The translations under genes and the position numbers were made by a program. Below are positions 51,475 to 60,000 of a stretch of 60,000 nt of DNA, one piece after another; the first letter of the stretch is position 1; the number at the start of each line of letters is the position of its first letter. Where the stretch lies: NCBI RefSeq assembly GCF_963921235.1, contig NC_086097.1, forward strand, positions 86,492,001 through 86,552,000. The letters are read 5' to 3'. The stretch is from Mobula hypostoma (lineage: Eukaryota). The notes under the pieces are model-generated. The model had not been told where the DNA came from, made no database searches, and was given only the letters and a program-made list of their open reading frames with translations.

Positions 51475-52449
51475 GGGTCATGAAGCAACTCCTTTGCTGA
51501 CATGACTGTAGTCTGGATATCTGTAGTTAAAAGGAGAGATTGGATAGGCTGGGTTTATTCTCAGTGGAGCGATAGAGCCTAAGGTGTGCAGTAGTTTATA
51601 TAATTAGGAGGGGCATTGATAGGTAATCAGCCAGAGTCAATTCCCAGGGCAGCGGGTACCAGAGGGCTCAGGTTCAATGTGAGAAAGGAGAAAAACAAAG
51701 GAGATCAGAGGAGTAGATTTTTCATTCAGGGGGAGCTGTCAGAAGAGGTGGTGGAGACAGATATAATTACAAAGATTAAAAGGGATTTGAACAGGTATTT
51801 GGAAAGGAGAAGCCTAGAGGAATAGAGGCCTAATGCAGACATATGGGATTAGTGTAGCTAGGCATCACAGTTGGCATGGATGAGGTGGGTGGAAAGACTC
51901 TGTGCTGTACAATTCAATGAAATAAGAATTTAGAAAGTATCTTCTTTTGCCAGCTCTCTGAGTAGCCATCAGTTCTGGAATGTGTGTGGGTTTTTATTCT
52001 CTGAGAAATTCAGAAGCCAAGGCACTGCTGCGTACTTTTCTGTCAAATATTTTTTGCATCCAGCCAAATAATGCAGACTACATGACATCACAATCCAAAT
52101 AACTTGACATCAGCAGTGCTCACTCTAAAGCTGTTCTGATTTACATCTCTAATCAGTCAAGCGAGGCTCTTGATTCATTTGGTTTTCAAACAAGTCCAAA
52201 ACAGCTCCCTATTTTCGAACTGTATTGGAACACTATGTCATGGCTGAGTATTGGGCTTGGACAAAGACCTGCTTATCCATCCAAAACTCATTACTTATAC
52301 ATATTTAATAACAGTGCAACCAGCAAGGTTTTTTTAAATCTTTTAGTCTTTTGTTAACTCATCTGATATTATGCAATCGATAATTTTTTTTGGCTTCAAA
52401 ACAGGATTGCCTATCTTGAGACTCATAATGATCCTGATTTTGCAGTTTT

Positions 52450-52895
52450 TAAAAATTTATTCATTTACAGGATGTGGGCATCATCAGCTAAGCCAATATT
52501 TATTGCCCATCCCTAGCTGTTGCACCTGAGAAGGTGGTGATGAGAAGCCTCCTTGAACCTTAGTGTTGTTAGGGAGGGAATTCCATGATTTTGAGCCAGC
52601 AACAATGAGGGAATGATGATACGTTTCTAAGTTAGAACGGTGAGCGACTTAGAGGGGGATTTCCACGTGGCGGTATTCTCAGGTATCTGCTGTTCTCGTC
52701 CTTCTCGATGGTAGTGGTCATGGGTCTGGAAGGTGCTGCCTAAGGAACTTCGGTGTGTTGTTGCAGTGATCCTCATCGATAGTACGCACGGCTGCAACTG
52801 TTTGTCGATGATGGAGGGATTGGATGTTTATGGAAGGGGTACCAATCAAGTGGGCTGCCTTGTATTGGATGGTGTCAAGGTTTTTGAGTGTTGAA
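52450..52895 (-). mobile_element. Old CR1/L2-group LINE 3' end
   Basis: tttattgcccatccctag...gaaggtggtgatgag and ccaatcaagtgggctgccttgtattggatggtgtc. Same family as 11690-12070. Confidence 0.55.
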
Positions 52896-53134
52896 TCCAG
52901 TTAGCATGAAAGAAACGATCTCAAGCATACCCCCCGAAGGAGGCAGCTCAATCTCTGTGGTAAGGCCTCCTCATTTTCAATGTTGGTTATCCTCAGGCCT
53001 CTGTTTAAAAGAAGCTTTCATATCCAGAAGGTATGACATCTGACTGAGAACCAACCATTTTAAAGCATAATCAGTAAGAGCAAAGAGGGAAACTGAAATC
53101 AACATTTTTAGTTATTCTTCTAGACATTTTATAG

Positions 53135-54364
53135 CAGGAGTCCCCAACCTTTTTTGCATCGCGGACCAGCTTAACATTGACAACATTCTTGCAGACTGGC
53201 CGACTCGGGGGGGGGGGGGGCGCGGGTGTTAATCACGACTGGAATATAGGTGATAAGTCAACTATAAGTGGCCAATACTCTCAATTTTGTTTCTAAAGGG
53301 GTTTATCTAACGAATTTAATATTAAACACACAGCGCATATTTTCCTCGCATGAATGTAGTGATAAATCAATTATAATAGTGGTCCCAAACCTCCGGGCCG
53401 CGGACCGATACATTGCCGCGAAGAATGCAGTGGTACAGCGGCGGCCAGAATGCACCCAGCACATCTTTAAGAAAAAAGCCAAAATAAACAAGCTAATTGA
53501 TTAGGTGCTGCCCGGCACATAAATGTCGGCCCAGATCAGAGGCGAAGCAATCGGCAATCGTCTCTGATCTGGGCCGACATTTACGTGCCAGGTGGCACCT
53601 AATCAATTAGCTTGTTTATTTTGGCTTTTTTCTTAAAGATGTGCTGGGTGCGTTCTGGCTACCGCTGCATTCTTTGCGGCCCAGAGGTTGGGGACCACTG
53701 AATTGTAAATCACATATAAGTCAATAGCATCATAACATTTTAAGTAACATTTGGATATTTAACAAACAGCACATATTTTCCCCGTATGAACATATAAAAT
53801 CATAGCAACACACCAATATTGCTGAATCAGTGGGAGCCCTGGGCTTGTTTTCCTGCAACAAGATGGTCCCATCAAGGGGTGATTGGAGACAGCGATACTC
53901 GAAGGGGGTTCCTTATGTCCAGGCTATTCCGCAATTTAGTTTTCGTTGCATTTATTGCAGAAAACTCCGCTTCGCAGCGATATGATGTTGGAAATGGAAG
54001 CAACGTTTTCAGTGCTTTCGTGGCTATCTCAGGATATTCAGCCTTTACTTTGATCCAGAATGCTGGCAGAGATGTTATGTCTAACATACTTTTCAGCCCA
54101 CCGTCATTTGCAAGCTTGAGGAGTTGATCTTTTTCCGGTGCTGATATGGGAGATTCACCAGAAACATTCACAAATGGGTCACGGACCCATTCCTTTGCAC
54201 ATTTTGGGTCACTGATGACCTCGCGTGTGATAAAGTTCAACAGTGGGCGTGACAGGGAATGAGGAAAGGTGCAGCTGACTCATATCGTTTCATATTACCA
54301 AATCATATCGTTTCCTCGCGGCCTGGTAGTACACGCTTTGCGGCCCGGTGGTTGGGGACCACTG
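53135..54364 (-). mobile_element. Non-autonomous hAT (Charlie/Buster-type) transposon retaining the transposase C-terminal dimerisation region
   Basis: TIRs caggagtccccaacc / ggttggggaccactg. Perfect 8-bp TSD ttttatag at 53127-53134 and 54365-54372. ORF 53872..54240 reads WVRDPF...FWIKVKAEYPEIATKALKTLLPFPTSYRCEAEFS...KTKLRN. Confidence 0.93.
53377..53700. mobile_element. Palindromic hAT MITE nested in the Charlie-type element
   Basis: TIRs tagtggtcccaaacc / ggttggggaccactg. 8-bp TSD aatt(a/g)taa at 53369-53376 and 53701-53708. The two halves are near-perfect reverse complements. Confidence 0.92.
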
Positions 54365-54645
54365 TTTTATAGCATACTAGATAAAGTTTAAAACATATGC
54401 ATACAAAAAAAATCTGAAGCTGAAACACCAGAATCAAATTTAATATCAATACACATTAAATATCAATTCAATAACATTAAAATATTTATTCAAGAGGAAA
54501 TTCAGGAATACAGTAACATTAGTTTAGTAAACCATTAGGTGTTCATATAACTAAACTTTAAATTTTCAGGGTAGTTTATAGTGGTAAATACATAAATTAA
54601 AAACTTACAACAATTAAACTGTTTCTCTTGATTATACTGGAGATA

Positions 54646-55179
54646 AACTAAGTTGCCACTTTATTGGATACCTCCTGTACTGACAATGTTCATGGCCTTC
54701 TGATGCTGTAGCCCATTTACTTCACGTTTCACATGTATTCAGAGATGTTCCCCTGCACATCAATATTGTAAAGTGCGGTTATTTGGGTTACCATTGCCTT
54801 CCTGTCAGTTTGAACCAGTCTGGCCATTCTCTTCTGACCTCTCTCATTAACAAAGCATCTTCACCCACAGAACTGCCACTCACTAGATTTTTTTTTGTTT
54901 TTCACACCATTCGCTGTAAGCTTTAGAATCTGTTCTGAGCGAAAACCCTAGGAGATCAGCAGTTTCTGAGATACTCAAACCACCCAGTCTGGCATCACCA
55001 TTCATTCCACAGGCAAAGTCACTTAGATCATATTTCCTACTCTGATATTTGGTCTGAAGAACAAATGAACTTCACAACGAAGCTTGAATTCATTGAGTTG
55101 GTGCCACATGTTTGGCTGATTAGGTATTTACATTAATGAGCAGGTGCACAGGTGTACCTAATAAAGTGTCCACTGAGTG
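54646..55179. mobile_element. Non-autonomous Tc1-like element
   Basis: Degenerate TIRs aactaagttgccactttattggatac / gtacctaataaagtgtccactgagtg, flanked by TA. Confidence 0.75.
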
Positions 55180-55689
55180 TAGGTACAAAGATACTGGGAA
55201 ACAGTTGAATAGAAATAAAAATCAGAGATTACTGAGTTAGCATATGCAGATGGAGAAATTTCTAAAGTGTCAGCTTCACTATGTAGGAACTCAAGTAAAA
55301 ATTCCGAAACTGGAATCATTCATTATTCTAATTAAAATAACAACATCTCACCACATCCCCCCCACCCCCACCAACCCAACAGGCTTCCAAACTCCTCAAG
55401 TGAATGAATTATTTATGGCATCAGCCCTATTGAGGTTCTTAGCTGGAAGACTGGCAGAAGACCTATTTGAAAAGCCTGCGCTCTCTCACCTCATAAGAGA
55501 GGACTGGACAAGTTAGCAGAGGTCTTCGTAGGCAACTGTAGTCCAACCATCGAACCCTTGTGAGAGTTTGGGTAATAGAAGGAGCATCATGACGTAGATC
55601 CATCTGACTTGGTTATAATTGACAGTTCCGCCAAGGTCGAATATCAGAACTGCTCATACAGAAATATCACTTCAGTCAAGATGAGCCAA

Positions 55690-56345
55690 GGGTAAGGAAG
55701 GCAAATGCAATGGTAGCATTCATTTCAAGAGGACTAGAATATAAAAATAAGGGCATGCTGAGACTTTATAAGGCATTTGGCCAGACCAAATTTGGAATAT
55801 TGTGAACAGTTTTGGGCCCCTTATCGAAGGAAGGATGTGCTGGCATTGGAGTAGGCCCAGAGGAGGTTTATGAGAATGAACCTGGGAAGAAAGGGTTAAT
55901 GAGGAGTGCTTGATGGCTCCGAATCTGTACCTGCTTGAATGTATAAGAATGGAAGGGGAGGGGGTGGGGAGACTCATTGAAATTTATGGAATATCGAAAG
56001 GCTTAGATAGAGTGGATGTGGAGAGAATGTTTCCAATAGTGGGGGAATCTAAGACTAGAAGGCACAGCTTCAGAATAGAAAGATGACCCTTTAGAACCGA
56101 TGAGGAAGAACTTCCTTAGACTAAGGGCAGTGAATCTGTGGAATTCATTACAACAGATGGCTGTGAAGGCAAAGTCATTGGGTATATTTAAAGCTAAGTT
56201 TGTTAGGTTCTTGATTAGCAAGGGCATCAAAGGTTACAGAAAGAAAGCAGGAGAATGGGGTTGAGAGGATTAATAAATCAGCAATGATTGAACAGCAGGG
56301 CAGATTAAATGATAGCCTAATTCTGCTCCTATGTCTTATAGTCTC
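55690..56345 (+). mobile_element. Degraded CR1 3' fragment
   Basis: Homologous to 32590-33200 (ttggaatattgtgaacagttttgggcccc...cctaattctgctcctatgtcttat). Confidence 0.85.
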
Positions 56346-58995
56346 ATTCTAATTCTAAACGCAACCATATCATGAACCATTCCATCAAAACTCTACAGAA
56401 ACCAAAAAACATTTTGTATCTCAATCAGACAAATGAAACCTTCCAGAATCAATACCAACTTCAGATAACGAATCTTCTCACTCATCATTTGTTACTTGTC
56501 TTTTCACAGTGACCCCTTTAACCATATGCATCCCTTTCATTTAATTTCTCATACCTATCACAGGCCTGATCCTCTTCGTCCTAAATTATTTTCTGCCCCC
56601 AAATGCTGCTTATCCTCACCCCCCCCATTCCATTGCCAGCTCTTCACAGTTATCCTAAATCTTGACTCAATTCCCATTCCTGATAGAAGATCTTCAGCTT
56701 AAAGTGCTGTCTCCATAGATGCTGAGCATTCCTGGCACTCACAGTAAAATTTCCAAATTTCAGCACCTGAAGTTTCACTGCTTCACCCACCTGGGACTAA
56801 CTGGCAATTATTCATTACATTATCATAATTCATGTACAAACACTATTCATTTTGTGTAATTAACATAAATTTTCATCCAGTATAAAAATGAGCAAACACT
56901 GTATTCTGAATCACAGCAGAAAGAAACCCAGGTAACTCTTCCAGCACTGTCACACAGAAGGCCTTGTGATATTTTAAATATTCAAAGAATTCTTGCAGAA
57001 CCATAGCCTGCTTTCAGCTTTTTTTCCACACATTCACTGTCTGTCATTTTGCCAGCAGGTCAAGATGTGGCCTCTCCCTTGACACTATTTACACAAAGAA
57101 GTATTCATCCACAAAGCAGAACATTGCAAAAATAAACAACTTAATGAAGCAATACAACACTATTTAACTTGATACACATGGGAGTTGACAAAACTCATTC
57201 TTTTTCTAAAATCTAATTCTGTAAAAACATTCTTATCATAGTTCTTCAAAACAAATACACTGAAATAATGGTCTCCATACAAATTCACCAGTGCCTTCAT
57301 TGTTGTGTACTACACAAAATAAATCACCAAAATAGCTCAGAGTTAACAATCCCACCACTGCTCTCTCCAATTATAAACGTTCTAGGCTTGAAATAAGACA
57401 TATTATTTCACCAGGCATATATTGGACTGATTTCTAAACAAACGAGCAGGTATAATTGTTTGCTGATCTTGAAACTCAATTTAGAAATAGATTTAATAGG
57501 GAAAGGATTGAGATCATGTGAACTCCTCAAGGACAATAATTATGGAGTACAGATTTAAGTCAATGGGCAAGTTAAAATATTTGTTCACTCAATTGTCTGT
57601 AAATTTCTGGAGCTCATGGTCTGAAAGAATCATGGAAGCAGAAACCCTAATAACATTAAAAAATATAACTCCATCAGTGCATAACATTATGTAATATACA
57701 AAGCCAAGGTGTGTAAAGTGGGATTAGCCTCAATGGTTGTTTTATTAACCAAATGTGCATGATGGAACAAATGGTCTCCTTAAGTACTATAAATTTATTG
57801 CTGCTGATCAATTTATTTGTAACAGTGGAATTGATAGTATGTGAAGTCAACATTCTTTGAAAATTATTTAGAAACTGATCAAAGTCTCCTGCCCATGAAC
57901 TGGTGCAGATCGAAAGTGACATAGTCCACTGTGCTTTTAAATACTTCTTGCAAACACCCATGTCTTTCCTGAAAGCTAATCTTGAACATGACAGGTATTA
58001 ATCACAAGCACCTTTTGCAATTCTACATGCTTGCTTTAACAGAAAACAAGCACTGACTCTGCAATAAATGACCAGCAAACCTATTTACCAATGATGAGGT
58101 GGGCAAAGAAATTACATATATGGTGGAAACTCCAAACGTTTGACTTAGACCAGAAGTCCATAAGATATAGGAGCAGATTTAGGCTATTTGGCTCATCGAG
58201 TCTGCTCTGCCATTTTAGAGGAGAAATGACTGATTCATTTCTCCTCCAAACCCCAATCTCCTGCTTTCTCCCCGGATCCTTTCTTGCCCAATCAAGAATC
58301 TATCAGCCTCTGCCTTAATCATATCTAAAGATTTATTTCTCTACTGTTAAATCTGCTGAATATTTCTGATGTTTTATTTTAGTTCAGCCTCCCAACATTG
58401 GAGGGAATTCCCCTCATTTTTATAATTTATCTCAAAATCCTTTTCCACTGATGGTTTGCCCATTAGAAAATCTCATGCCACTTGTCAAACTCAGTAGCCA
58501 GCTCCCACAATCAGCAACCACTCATTTCCATGGTGACCTGCAGAATCATGCACTTCAAATCATGACTGCTCCCACAGGTTCAAACAAATCAAATTACCTC
58601 ATAGACACTTTCAGACACCAGACCGAATCAAAATTCTCTCTTTAGCAGCCTCTTCCTAGTTTTGTCTGACCATTTTTATTCAGTTCTTAAGGGAGTCAGT
58701 ACATCATGCCCCACTAAACTTAACCACAAGCATCAGAAGAAACCAATTAAAGGTAATATTTTTCCTTTCCTTCCCCAAACCATGATCATTCCTACAGCCT
58801 AAGATAAAAATATTAATAATCATGGTGAACTGCTACATCATTTTTGAAATTTACATTTTTATGAAACAATGAATATAGAAGTGCATGGCACTTCATGGAC
58901 CTCAGCCATAAATGAATGCCCTCCTCCCTCATTCACCCCACTTCTTTTTACATAATTGAACTAGAGAATATCTAACTGATAAACATGGCCAATCC

Positions 58996-59061
58996 ACTGC
59001 AAACATCATTAGCCCAGTAATGAACTCAACTGCAAACATTATTAGCCCAGTACTGAACACA
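58996..59061. repeat. 33-bp tandem duplication
   Basis: actgcaaacat(c/t)attagcccagta(a/c)tgaac(t/a)ca present twice. Confidence 0.85.
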
Positions 59062-60000
59062 GTACTGATAGAAGTAGCAAATCTTGCTCGCTGAAGAAAT
59101 GCCCAACATATGTCTGATGCAAGAAAGGTGAAACTATTGTACCTTTTCTCCTGCATGGATTAGCAGGCCTCACTCCTGCAGAGACAGCAGTGTGAACACC
59201 AACCTACTAAGAGTCGTGATCTGCTGTTCATCGTATTACTATTGGCCCAAACTCATTTCCCCAGCTTAAACACATCATTATCATGGAGGGGAGGCAGTGT
59301 CCTGGGCCATCACATTAACCTAATGTCAAAGTAGACAATGTTTTCATCTTTACCACAATTCCATGGTATGACATGTGAATACAATATCTGTTTAAAAGGG
59401 TGAACAAATTCTTTGGATATGAATTATGAAGAGAAAAGCTCTTTTGACAATGAACCAGCCAGCACTCAATTATATGACTTAACACAACTTTAGCTATTTA
59501 AGTGGTTGCCGAGGAAATTTGGGCAGGATGCAGCTGGATTTGGGATCTACTTGCCACCTGCCAAACAAATTTCAATCTGAGTCCAAAAATCAACACATTT
59601 TATTTCATTCTGGTACCATCTATCTGTTGGCCAGTGGGGGTAGAAATAAGAAAAGGACTTTTTAGTCCGTGTAGACAAATTCAAACCTAATACGGCTTCA
59701 TAGGAGCAGGTCAACCAGAAATTAATTGGAAAAAATATTACACTAGTAACTAATCTTCAGCAGCATAACAATGGCTGTAAATAAACAAATGGATACAACT
59801 GGTCTCAGTAGCACTTCAGAAAAGCTTTCCAACCATGACTGAATTGCTAATAAAAACCTTCCTGGCATCATGTAATTAGGATTTCAGGAATGCGGGTTGG
59901 CAACCATTTGATCACTGGACTTGAATAGAATTTATAGCACAGGATCTGGCCAAAGAATCAAATTAGTCCATGCTTATGCTTCATTTGTTTTGGATGCCTT

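Overview
Eukaryotic (vertebrate) genomic DNA. The repeat content (abundant CR1 and Penelope-like elements, V-SINE-like SINEs, Rex1/Babar) suggests a cartilaginous fish, but that is an inference. The only host-gene sequence I can support is two minus-strand kinase-domain exons of a mixed-lineage kinase, best matching MAP3K9/MLK1: 6549-6729 (181 bp) and 1271-1419 (149 bp), both with GT-AG sites and compatible phases. Everything from 6730 to the end of the window appears to be one intron of more than 53 kb, packed with transposable elements. These include CR1, Penelope-like (RT + GIY-YIG), Rex1/Babar, L2, L1 and Nimb/I LINEs, hAT and Tc1-type DNA elements, SINEs and a ~40-bp minisatellite. The most notable structures are two fold-back (palindromic) Penelope-like insertions that carry minimal type I hammerhead-ribozyme motifs, one with an intact core in the host pre-mRNA sense. 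Several nested insertions with readable target-site duplications (TSDs) are also present. No prokaryotic system, CRISPR array, rRNA or true tRNA gene was found. Boundaries of old repeats are approximate, and family names come from remembered motifs, not database searches.
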